From NCBI RefSeq assembly GCF_009914755.1, contig NC_060928.1: 64,000 nucleotides of DNA; one strand, 5' to 3'. Positions within the stretch are counted from its first letter, which is position 1; each line of letters begins with the position of its first letter. This document shows, in pieces, positions 1 to 12,336 of the stretch. The translations under genes were made by a program, and so were the position numbers. The stretch comes from the human T2T-CHM13v2.0 reference genome, Homo sapiens. Under the pieces are notes generated by a model, which was not told the origin of the DNA, searched no databases, and saw nothing but the letters and a program-made list of their open reading frames with translations.

Positions 1-1269
1 TACCAGGAGGATTTTTTTTGAAGATTAAATGGTGTAGGATATACAAAATACCCAGTCTGTAACAGGAACTCAAAAATGTTTCTCCATTTCTTCATATTTG
101 TCTGAGTACACGTGAATAAAGCCCAATTTAGAAACAACTGAAATTATTTTTAAAAGATAGATACTAATATTTTTTGAAAGAATTTTGTGCTAACTTTCTT
201 ACAAACATCTGTGAATAAAAATAGCTGGAAAATGCCAAATAAAATTCTTAAATATTCAGATAAGCAAAGATTTGCTATGTAATTTATACTTAGCAAATTC
301 TAAGGGAGTCACTCTACAAACACTCATCTGCATTATGGATTTTTTATTTTCCATAGAGACAATCATATAATTTCTTTTTACTAGATTCTGAATAGTTCTA
401 AATAAAAAAGTAGCCCACCCCCATTATTGATCATAATTCACATCCTCATGATTTCTTTTCAAGACATCCTCATTATTGCAGTGAGCAAAACAGTTGCTTA
501 CAATAAAATTTTAACAAAAGAGAGAGGAATAAAAAGGAACTCCACTTTTCCTATTAAATCACACGACAAAGAAGTTGTTGAAATGGGAAATCAGATGGGT
601 GTGTTTAGTATTAATAGAGGCAAACCATGTAGATACTACGAGAAAAGTTGTGTGTCTATCTGTGTATTCAAGTGTAAAAAGAAACATGCTGACAACCTGA
701 TTTAGACAGAAACTCTTACAATTTATCTAAAAAAGAAATTGGTTCTCATTTTTATACATTTTAAATATTGTCTTTTTGAACCAGATATATCCTATTTCAA
801 GGTAGCAAATAAAATCATTCAGGTTTTTTATTTGTTTGCTTTTGCTACATTGAGACGAGATTTGAATATTTCAAGTTGTTTCATGTTAATCTTTTCATTT
901 TGTTTATCCTTTTTATTTCTTTTTGTTAAATTTACATGTAATCAAATATGTGTACGTTAGAGACAGCTGGATTTTTCTTGAAGACCCGAAGTTTGACAAG
1001 GGATGGAGAAAGAGTTAGCACAAGGTGGAATTTTTCAATTATAATTATGGAAGCAGGCACTATGTTCATGAATAAGTACAACTGGCTGTAATAGAGAAGT
1101 ATCAGAAATGAATTCTTAATTCCTGTCAATTTTATATAGTCATTAATCTCTCTTTCAAAAAAATCAGCATCTTTGTTAAATAAATCATTTTCTTTTTACC
1201 TAGTAAGCTAATTTTTTAAATTATTAAATAGATGACATTAGTAAACAATGGTTCATTTTAAATTAAGAT

Positions 1270-1470
1270 ATCTGTAGTTCAAATCTCAGCTCTGCTTCAT
1301 ATTACTGTCTATTGGGTGCACCTACCCTACTTGATTTGTTTTTCTCTTGGATGGGAATGATACATCTCAAACAATTGGTATAAATATTATATAAGGCACA
1401 ACATAGGAAAATTGCTCAGTGTGGTATCTAACACATTGTAAGAATGTGATAATGCATGGCTATCACTATA
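1270..1470 (+). mobile_element. MIR SINE, degenerate
   Basis: gttcaaatctcagctctgc...aaaattgctcagtgtggtatctaacacattgtaag resembles the MIR core and 3' end. Confidence 0.55.
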
Positions 1471-2289
1471 GGCCAGATTGGTTACTGAAACTAAATATTG
1501 TATTTAGTAGACACTTAATGCCTTAGTTATTCATGATGGCTTACTTACAGCATTATATTTTCCATTTAATCTACAATACAATGGCAGCAAGGTTAGCTGA
1601 ATTTCCCATCCTGGAATCTGCTCCCATACTCATTTTACCCTCCTGTTGGGAGGAAAAAATTATCTGCCATAAAAGCCATCATATACCTTTGTCTAATTGG
1701 CAATGGGATGACAGGTTTATGGACTGCAGGATGATGGAACAGGGAATATTCACATATAATTTACTTTCCATATGTGTATTAGTTAAACAAATATGTATGT
1801 CAGATAATGCTGGATTCTGGAGTTACAGCAATGTACAAGAGGAAGAAAGGACCTGCTTTAGTAGAATTTATATTCAAGTGGCTAAAACACTATTGATCAA
1901 TTATATTATTGTTTGCACTTTTTCATTTTTCTCTTTTAAAAGAAGATTATACATCTCCATTATTTCCATGTGACTTGCCCATGTATCCCATGGGAGACAC
2001 AGATACACATATATAGGTACAGATATAGGTAAAGATATGATATAGAAAGCTAGATAGATGTCTCCTGATCTCATTGGTTCTGGTTTTAGTCATGGGGCTT
2101 ATTCTGAACAATGGAATATGAGTGGATATAATGTGAACCATGTCCAAACAGAAGTTTTCAATAGTGTCACAAGTCTCTCTCTCTCTGTTAAAAGGATATA
2201 CATATCTACATAAGAATGAGATTTCAACTTGATGCCTAAGATGAAATAACTAATGGAACAGAGCTATATCTTACCCACAGATTGCCATA

Positions 2290-2410
2290 GATTTCCATAG
2301 AGCCATAAGACCATAACTGCAGCCTCTGGTAGCATACATGTAATGTGACAGAGAAATAAACCATTATTGTTATAAGTCACTGTGACTTGAGATTATTGGT
2401 TGCCATTGTC
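2290..2410 (+). mobile_element. Old MaLR (MLT1-like) LTR 3' fragment
   Basis: gagaaataaaccattattgttataagtcactgtgacttgagattattggttgcca resembles the MLT1 polyA/U5 end. Confidence 0.35.
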
Positions 2411-2541
2411 AAGCTGACAAATACAGATAATAAATAAAGAAATAACCCTTCATAACATGCTGATATTTAACATTAACATGGTAACATGGCATAAAGATGT
2501 CTAAAAAATAATTTAGATATCTTGGTGAGGAAATGCCTCTC

Positions 2542-3059
2542 TGTTGAAAACAGGTCCCCAAATCTGGCCACAAACTGGCCCCAAAACTGGCCATAAACAA
2601 AATCTCTGCAGCACTGTGACATGTTCATGATGGCCATGATACCCATGGCAAAGGTTGTGGGTTTACTGGAATGAGAGCAAGGAACACCTGGCCCACCCAG
2701 GGCAGAAAACCGCTTAAGGCATTCCTAAGGCACAAACAATAGCATGAGTGATCTGTGCCTTAAGGACATGTTCCTGCTGCAGATAACTAGCCAGAGCCCA
2801 TTCCTTGTTTTCGGCCCATCCCTTTGTTTCCCGTTAAGGAATACTTTTAGTTAATCTATAATCTATAGAAATAATGCTTATCACTGGCTTGCTGTCAGTA
2901 AATATGCGGGTCAAACTCTGTTCGGGACTGTCAGCTCTGAAGGCTGTGAGTCCGCCAGTTTCCCAGTTTCCCACTCCACACTCTATATTTCTGTGTGTGA
3001 GTCTTGAATTCCTCTAGCGCCACTGGGTCAGGTTCTCCACGACTGAGCTGGTCTTGGCA
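2542..3059 (+). mobile_element. MER9 solo LTR (HERV-K9/HML-3)
   Basis: TG...CA termini; aaatctggcca..aaactggccccaaaactggccataaacaaaatctctgcagc matches MER9; perfect 6-bp TSD CCTCTC (2536-2541, 3060-3065), as expected for a betaretroviral integrase. Confidence 0.92.
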
Positions 3060-3145
3060 CCTCTCTAAAGTTGAAACATTTAAGCTGAGATCTGCTGAAA
3101 AAGTCATCAAACAAAGTCAGAAGGAAGACCATTAAAACAATAGGA

Positions 3146-3455
<310 letters not shown>

Positions 3456-4423
3456 AAAACAATAGGAAAAAAAATGCAAAAGCCCTCAAGCAAGAAAGGT
3501 CATGATACAAAAAGAATATGATGAATCCAAGGACACTGAAAATGCAAGTGTGGCCTTCTGAGTACAGTATGTAAGAAAGAAAGTGGCAAGGGACAAACTT
3601 ATGGAGTTAGGCTGACACCAGTTCATGTGGGGCTTTATATTATAAATTAGGTTCAATACTTTAGATTTTATAAAAAGTCACAGCAAATGTAAAAGCAGAA
3701 CAGGAATATAATCTAATTTTCATTTTGAACAGATTACTCAGATAGCTATTTTGACAACTGTTTTTAAGAGGACAATAGTAGAGACTGGAATATACTTGTA
3801 ACTTCTGAATTAGTCAAGGTAAGATGTGTTGATGACTTGATTAGAGTTAATAAATAATTTCCATTTTACTCCTGTTGCCCTCCAGAGTTCTGGGTTCATT
3901 TCTCATTTTCTTTATCTAAGATGATTGCAAGGAATCTTTTCAGGAGTGGTAGAGTCTGCTTCATTCAAAAGTGGTTATTGTCTCATTAATTCTTGGGTCA
4001 ATTTTTGTCTCCATCAAACAAGGTAAAATGCCTCATATATGAGGCAAAGTTATTTTATGTTACCTTTCATTATTGTGAAGAAGCATTCCTATAGCTTCTG
4101 CTGCCAATTGAACTTTTTAAAAATTATCTGAGCCATAATATAGCTTGTCCTTTCTCACCATGAAACATCATGATCTATTTAAAAATTCCCCTTATGATGA
4201 GATAGAAAAAGAATGTTTTTGCAAGTGTTTTGATTTTTGTATTTAAAAATAAATATTGTGAGATTTTAGAAGCAGATAAAAAACTCAAACTGATTGGTAG
4301 GCTTTATTTTTCCTATACAAACTTTCTTTTAATTATTCATTTTTCCAGTAAAACAAAGATGTATAAAAGATTTTATGGTAAAAATGGAAAAGGCAGTATG
4401 AGGCAAGCAATAATTAAGTCATC

Positions 4424-4571
4424 TGATACAATTCCAACCTTCTGTGCATTCTCAATACTTAATAGTTTTTATCAATTTTTTGTTTTACAGGGAAATATGA
4501 TGCAATTCCATGTTTCTATGCATTCTCAATACTTAATAGTTTCTATCAATTTTTTGTTTACAGGGAAATAT
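4424..4571. repeat. Tandem duplication of a ~74-bp unit (2 copies)
   Basis: tgatacaattcc...cattctcaatacttaatagttt.tatcaattttttgttt(t)acagggaaatat starts at 4424 and again at 4498. Confidence 0.9.
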
Positions 4572-6372
4572 AATAATCATTATAGATATTATATACTCAG
4601 AAAACAATATCAGCCAAAAACACAGATGACAATTTATCTACTTTTTTATATATAATTCATGTTGCTTCATACTAAAATAAAATTGAAAAATTTTTGCCAT
4701 TTGTTTTTATTAAGGTAAGAACATTTACTTACCGCAAGATCTACTCTCTTAACAAATGTTTAAGCATGCAATGCAGTATTGTTAACTACAGCACAATGTT
4801 GTACAGCAGAACTCTAGAACTTACTCATCTTGCTTAACTGAAATCTTATACCCATTAACCAGCAATTTCACATTTTTTCCTCCCCTCAACTCCAGGAAAT
4901 CAGTATTCCACTCTTTGTTTCTATGAGTTTGACTGTTTTTGATACCTTACATAAGCAGAATCATGCAGTATTTCTATGACTAACTTATTTCACTTAATAT
5001 GCTGTCTTCAGTTTCATCCATGTTGTTGCATATGGCAGGATTTCTTTATTTGTTAAGGATGAATAATATTCCCTTGTTTATATATCACATTTTCTATGTT
5101 AATTTATTCATTGGTGCAATGGGTTATTTCTATGTCTTGGTCTTTATGAATAATAGTGCAAGGAACATGGGGGTGCAGATATATCTTCAACATACAGATT
5201 TTAATTCTTCTGGATATATAGTCAGAAGTAGAATTTCTGGATCATATGATAGTTCTATTTTTAATTTTTTGAAGAATCAGCATACTGAATTAGAATTTCT
5301 TCACATCCTTGACAATACTTGCTGTCTTCAATTTAATTTTATTTTATTTTTGATAAAAGCCATTCTAGCAAGTATAAGGTCATATCTCACTGTGGTTTTT
5401 GATTTGTATGTCCTTGACTATTATTGATGTTGAATATCATTTCATATATCTGTTGGCTATTTCTATATTATCTTTAGAGAAATGTCTATTCAAGGACTAT
5501 GCCAATTGAAAAAATCAGGTTAATAGGCATTTTTGCTATTGAGTTGTAGGAGCTCTTTATATTTTTGGATATGACCACTTATCAGATACATAGTTACATT
5601 TTTACTCTGTTGATTATTATTTTTTGCTGTGTAGAAGCTTTGTAATTTTATTTAGTCCCATTTATGCATTTTTGCTTTTGTTGCCTTTTGCTTTTGGTAT
5701 TATATTTAAGAAATCATTGAAAAGACAAATATCATAGACATTTATTTCCTATGCTTTAATCTAAGATGTTTTACAGTTGCATGTCTTACATTTGTCTTTA
5801 ATTCATTTTGAGTTGATTTTTGTATATGGTGTAATACACAGGCCTAATTTCATTCTTTAGTATGTGAAGTTTTCTAGCACCGTTTGCTGAAGAAATTATC
5901 ATTTCCTTATTCCGTATTCCTGACATTCTTGTTGAAGATCAGTGAACTGTACACTACTGGGCTTATTTCTGATTTCTCTCTTCTGTTCCATTGTTCTGTA
6001 CACTGGTTTTTATGCCAGCACTATACTGTTTGAATACTGTAGCTTTGTAATATATTTGAAATCAGGAAGTACAGTGCCTGCAGTTTTTATCTTCTTTCTC
6101 AATAACTGTTTAACTATTAGGGGTCTTTTGTGATTCCAAATGAATTTGGGGATTTTTTTCTATTTCTGTAAAAAGTGGCATTGAGATTTTGATTGGGGTT
6201 GCATCAAATCTGTAGATTTCATTCGATAATATGGACATTTTAACAATAGTAAGTCTTTCAATCTGTTAACACAAGATGTCTTTCCAATGATTAGTGTCTT
6301 TAAGTTTTTCATCAATGTTTGTAATTTTCAGAGAACAAATATTTTCCCTCCTTGGTTAAGTTTATTTCTAAG

Positions 6373-6582
6373 TGATATGGTTAGGCTTTGTGTTCCCACC
6401 CAAATCTTATCTTGAATTCGAATTCCCATAATCCCCATAATCCCCACATCTCATGGGAGAGCCCAGGCAGAGGCAACTGAATCATGGGGGTGGGTTCGCT
6501 CATGCTGTTCTCATGATAATGCAGGTGCTTTCATGAGATCTGATGGTTTAAAAGTGGAAGTTTTCCATGTGCTCTCTCTCTG

Positions 6583-6618
<36 letters not shown>

Positions 6619-6789
6619 TGGTGCCACCTTGAGAAGAAGATGCTTGCTTCTCTTTGCCTTCTGCCATGATTGTAAGTTTCCTCAGGTCTCCCTATCCATG
6701 ATAAACTGTGAGCAAATTAAACCTCTTTCCTTTATAAATTACCCAGTCTCGGGCAGTTCTTTACAGCAGCATGAGAATAGACTAACACA
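6373..6789 (+). mobile_element. THE1D-type MaLR solo LTR
   Basis: tgatatggttaggctttgtg...ttataaattacccagtctc...actaacaca; internal (CT)n(CA)n tract. Confidence 0.9.
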
Positions 6790-7293
6790 CTACATATTTT
6801 ATTTTTTATTGTATTGTAAGTGGAATTGTTTTCTTAATTTCCTGTGTAGTTTGTTGATTGCAACTAGTTTTTGTAGATTGATTTTGTATCCTGTAATTTT
6901 ACTAACTTTATTTTTTAGTTCTAATAGATTTTTGTGCTATCTTTAGTGTCTTATAGATAAAAGATAAGGTCATCCTCTAACAGATAAATTTTACTTCTTC
7001 CTTTCTGATTTAGATAACTTTATTTTTTTCCCACAGGGTAAGATATTAGCTGAATATCTATTACATATTGCCTTTATTATGTTTAGGTAAATTATTTTTC
7101 TTATGTTTTTGAGAGTTTTTAATATTTAAAGGGTGTTGAACTTTGTCAATATTTTGAGATGATCATGTGATTTTTTTTTTTATTTTTCATTCTGTTAATG
7201 TGGTATATCACCTTAATTGGTTTGTATATTTGGGACTATTCTTGCATCCTGGGAATAATGCCACTTGGTCATGGTGTACCATGCATTTAATAT

Positions 7294-7646
7294 TGTATTA
7301 GGCCATTTTCACACTGCTAGAAAGAACTTCCCAAGACTGGATAATTTATTGAGGAAAGAGGTTTAATTGACTCACCGTTCAACTTGCACGGCAAAATCTC
7401 AGGAAACTTACAATCATGGCGAAGGCAAAAGGGAAGCAAGGCACCTTTCTCACTAGGTTGCAGAAAGGAGAAATGAGCAGGGGAACTGCCAGACACTTTT
7501 AAAAACATCTGTTCTCATTAGAACTCACCACTATCAGAGGAACCACCTCTGTAATCCAATCACTTCCCACCAGTTTCCTCCCTTAACACCTGGCTTTAAC
7601 AATTCAAGATGAGATTTGGGTAAGGACAAAAAGCTAAACCATATCA
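7294..7646 (-). mobile_element. THE1D-type MaLR solo LTR
   Basis: tgtattaggcc...aaaccatatca; 5-bp TSD aatat/aacat. Confidence 0.88.
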
Positions 7647-7953
7647 AACATACTGTTGAATTTGCTTTGCTAGTATTTTGTTGAGGATTTTTACATCTGT
7701 ATTCATCAGGGATATTGGCATATACTTTTATTTTCTTGTAGTTTTCCTGGCATTGGTATCAGGGTAATGCTTGCTTCATAAAATGAGTTTGAAAATGTTC
7801 CTTGTTTTCCAAATTCTTGGAAGACTTTGTGACGGGTTGATGCTAATTATTCTTTAAATATTTAATAGCATTTAACCCTGAAGACATCTGGTCCAGGTCT
7901 TTTCTTTGTTGGGAGGTTTTTTTATTATGAATTTAATCTTCTCATTTAATATT

Positions 7954-8201
7954 GTGATAGTGACTGAGTTCTCATGAGATCTGATGATTTTATGAGGGGC
8001 TTTTCTCTCTTTGCTCAGAACTTCTCCTTCCTGCCACCATGTGAAGAAAGATGTGTTTGCTTCCTCTTCTGCCATGATTGTAAATTACCTGAGGCCTCCC
8101 CCAACCCTGGGGCACCATGAATCAACTAAACCTCTTTTTCTTTATAAATTACCCAGTCTCCGGTATGCTTTTTATTAGCAGCAAGAGAATGGACTAATAC
8201 A
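7954..8201 (+). mobile_element. THE1C/D LTR, 5' part missing
   Basis: Starts internally at gtgatagtgactgagttctcatgagatctgatg and ends ggactaataca. Confidence 0.85.
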
Positions 8202-10157
8202 GTCTCCATATTTGGTCATCTGTCTGGATGATCTGTTTTGAAAATATAGTGTTGAAGTCCTTTACTGCTATTGGATTGCTGTTTATTTCTCTCTACAGTT
8301 CTGTCCATGTTTGCTATTTATAAGTATGTTCTCTGATGTTAGGTGCACATATATTTATTATTGTTATATCTTCCTAATGAATTGATTTTTTATAATTATA
8401 TGACAACCTTCTTTGTCTTTTGTAATGGTTTTTGACTTCAAGTCTTATTTTCTGTTATAAATACAACTATAATTTCTGTTGAATATCTTTTTCCCCCCTT
8501 TGAATTTCTGCTATATGTGTTCTTAAAGGTAAAGTAAGCCTCTTATATATACAATATCTTTGGATCTTTTAAATTTTATTTTAATTCCATTCAGCCACTC
8601 TATATTTTGTATTGGGGAGTTTAATCTATTTATGTTTAAAGTAATTATTAACAAGAAAGGACTTAGTATTGCCATTTTGTTAATTATGACCTGTTTGCCT
8701 TATATTTCTCTCCACCTTCTTTTCCTTTTGTGACATCTTCCCTTGTGATATGTTGACATTTTTGTGTTAATTATTCATCAATACTTCTTTTATCTTTTGT
8801 GTAATTTCTAGAGATGTTTTCTTTGTGTTTTGGTAAAGCACACATAAATGATCTTATAACAGCCTATTTTAAGCTGGCAACAACCTAACTTCAATCAAAT
8901 ACAAAAATTGTTACATTTTACTTTCTCTCCCACACTTTAAGTTACTGATATCATAATTTACATCTATTTATATTGTTTATTTATAACATATTTTCAAAAT
9001 TATTTTTATTTTAAATAGGTTTGTCTTTATCTTTTACAGTAGAATTAACTTATATGAGCACCACCATTACGGTGTTACAGTATCTTGTGTTTGTTTATAT
9101 ATTTACCAGTGAATTTATACTTTCATATACTTTTGTGTTACAGTTTAGTGTCCTTTTAACATGAAGATCTCCTCTTAGCATTTAGTAAGGTAGTTGTAGA
9201 ATTGCCTCAGTATTTGTTTGTCTGGGAAAACATTTATCTCTATTTTTGAATGATGGTTTTACTGATTGTAATATTCTTGATTGGCTTTTTTTTCTTTCTG
9301 CATTTTGACATATTTCACTTCCTTCTGTCCTGAAAATTTTCTATTGATAAGTCCACTGATAGACATGTGGAGGTTTTTCTTTATGCTATAATTCATTTTT
9401 CTCTAGGTAATTTCAAAACTTTATTTTAGTCTTTAAGTTTTAACAATTTCATTATAATGTTTCTCTGTGTATAATTATTTGATTTCATTTTATCTGAGGC
9501 CATCAGGCTTCGTGAATCTGTCAATTTATTTCTCTCCTCAGAATTGGGAAATTTTTATCCATTTTTTTTTTAACATAGGCTGTTCCTTTTTTCACCTCCT
9601 GAGAATCTCATAACGTTTTTATTCATTGACTTGGTGGTGTCCCATAGTCCTTTAATTTTTTTTTGGGGGGGGGGGTCCTTTTCATTTATTTTCCTTTTTT
9701 CTTCATTAACTGGATAATTTATAATAATCTATTTTGAAATATTGCTGACCCCTTTTTCTGCTTGATCTGTCTGCTGCTGAACCCTTCTAATGTATTTTTA
9801 TAAGTTATTGTATTTTTTATTTCTAGGATTTTTGTTTAGTTCTTTTTTATAGTTTTTATTTCTTTGTTGATATTCTCATTTTGTTTTGTTTCTTGATTTT
9901 CCTGATTTTGTTTAGTTGTCTACTTTTTCTCTTTTAACTCACTGAGCTTCTTTAATATTATTATTTTGAATTATTTGTCAGGTAATTTGTAGATTTTTAT
10001 CTCTTTAGGTTGATTGCTGGAGATTTATTGTGTTCCTTACACTGGGTCATATTTTCTTAATTATTTGTTTTGTGTAATTATGTGTTGGTGTCTGTCCAGT
10101 TGAAGAAACAGCCACTTCTCCCATCTTTACAAACTGGCTTTAATAAGAAAAATCCTG

Positions 10158-10480
10158 GGCCAGGCAAGGTGGCTCACACCTGTAATCCTAACACTTTGGG
10201 GACTGAGGTGGGCGAATCACGAGGTCAGGAGTTTGAGACCAGCCTGGCCAACATGATGAAACCCTGTCTCTACTAAAAATATAAAAAATTTTCTGGGTTA
10301 TGTGGTGGGCGCCTGTAATCCCAGCTACTAGGGTGGCTGAGGGAGGAGAATCACTTGGATCCAGGAGGTGGAGGTTGAAGTGAACCAAGATCACTCCACT
10401 GCACTCCAGCTTGGGTGACAGAGTGAAATTCTTTAAAAAAAAAAAAAAAAAAAAGAAAGAAAGAAAGAAAGAAAAGAAAA
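10158..10480 (+). mobile_element. AluS (Sg-like) with (GAAA)n tail
   Basis: Dimeric Alu; aatcacgaggtcaggagtttgagaccagcctggccaac. Confidence 0.92.
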
Positions 10481-12336
10481 GTAAAATCCGTCACCAATCA
10501 CCAATGAGCCTGGTTAGAGATTCTGGATGCCTCTTAAACTTTATCTACAAATATGTCTTCTCCAGATGTGTGTATTTGATTCATAATTAGAGAAATATAT
10601 GAGATTATTTTTTTCTGGTACTTGTACTATCTTTTCCACTGTGGTGTCTGACTACTGTTTCATAAGCCAGGATGTTGGAGGCACACTCCACTCTTCTCCC
10701 TCCTTGAGGGGAAGCCTCAGATGCTGTAACTTCTTTCAGTTTTGCAAAGCTATGCGGGACATAGAAAGTCACTCAACCTCTTCCTTTATTTAAGGTGCCC
10801 CCAAGGAACTAAACTATGTTGGTTTTGGCAGTGCCGTAAGTGAGGTGAGAAAGGAAATGACATATAGGGTATCAAATAAAAAAGCAGGGACATTGGATAA
10901 ACACTCCATTCTCTCTTTCCCACAAAGGGAACAGAGGTGGACTGGGGCACTCTCTCTCAATTCTGAGATAAGCTGTCTTGTAGGAGGGGCTGATGTGAGT
11001 TAAATTAAAATGCATTTCTTAATCATTCTAATGTAGCTGATCTTGGCTTTGTGTTCACGTGAGACACCAGGACTTCTGAACTGGATTCAGGACGTCTCAT
11101 TAAGGTATTTTAGTTTACACATCATTGTAAATTGGCGCTTCTGGGAGAAAATGAAGTCTATAACTTCCTACTATGTCATCTTTTTTACGTCATTCACTAC
11201 TTTGTTGTTGTTTACGATAAAGTAGTTATATCTGTGTTATGTTTATAGTAATTTTGAAAGTATTGAGAATAAGCTTTATCATTAAAAACTATTTCAAAGT
11301 TTTTGTTCAACACTAACTTATAATTGACCCAATTCCTTTAAATTTTAGCTAAAATTATCTGTATCAATAATATATTTTAATTTATTCCTTTTTATATCCT
11401 CAGTTTTTTTATTGTATTCTTATTGTGTTTATGTTATCAAGTTATGTTGTTTCTTAAGGGAGAAAGTTTTGTTTTTTCTTTTTCTGTATTCTTTATGCAA
11501 GACATTTTCTTCAATCATTTTTTTCACAAGTTTTGTAATGTTAGCTTTTAATGAATACTAATTGATTTTTCTATAAAATTGAAAAATTAAATTGTATCAG
11601 TTTAAATATATATACTTTAAAGTGTGTGTTTATTTTTTAAATATCATATATGAATTATTTCTCAGTATAATGTTTTTCTCAGTGTCTTATTTTACTTTAG
11701 TATTATTTTTGCTGAATTATTTTTATGCTTCTAAACATCTCAGTCTTTAAACTAGGAATGTTTTATAATAACAAACAATAGTTTCATTCTGGTAGCCTTT
11801 TTCTTTGTTATCTTAAATTTAACACACTCCTTTTATAATCTTATCAACAAAAACAAAAATGCCTCCAACATTTATTTATTTTCTTCTTCCATGTGAATTT
11901 TTTTATTTTCTTGCTACAATTATTTACTTCTAAACCAAAAATGATACCATTAAATTAATAAAAAGTATATTAAAATTTTTAAAGATGAAACATTTGAGAT
12001 CACTCATTCAGCAAAAGAGTTTATGGCTTTATCTTTCTAAAAAAACCAGATTGATTTATTGCTAAAGTCTTTATATATACATACTCCAAAAACCTATACA
12101 CCCCATTTCAGAAAACTGCTTGCCACAGAACCAAATGAATTAAGTAGAATGTTTCAAATCATCTCATAATTAAACAGCTTTTGCTTCTATACTGCTTTGT
12201 ATAGATCTACTAAACCCATCATTGACTCATGAGATTGGAAGAATTAAATAAGTTAATATATGTAATTCACTGAAAAGAGTCCTGAAATATAATAAATTCT
12301 CAGACATGGTAACAATTATCTCTACCAAATAAATGT

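Larger units (their letters stand above)
4700..11195 (-). mobile_element. Near-full-length old LINE-1 (L1MA9/L1MB-like), interrupted by three THE1 LTRs and an Alu
   Basis: L1MA-type 3' UTR at 4700-5000 (ttgtacagcagaactctagaacttactcatcttgc), antisense ORF2 and ORF1 remnants to ~10100, L1M-like 5' terminus (acttcctactatgtcatctt...acgtcattc) near 11190; no intact ORF. Confidence 0.85.

Noticed and set aside
427-1973. ORFs of 92 and 146 aa in non-repeat DNA
   Set aside because: No recognisable domain; composition typical of chance ORFs in AT-rich DNA; no promoter or exon context
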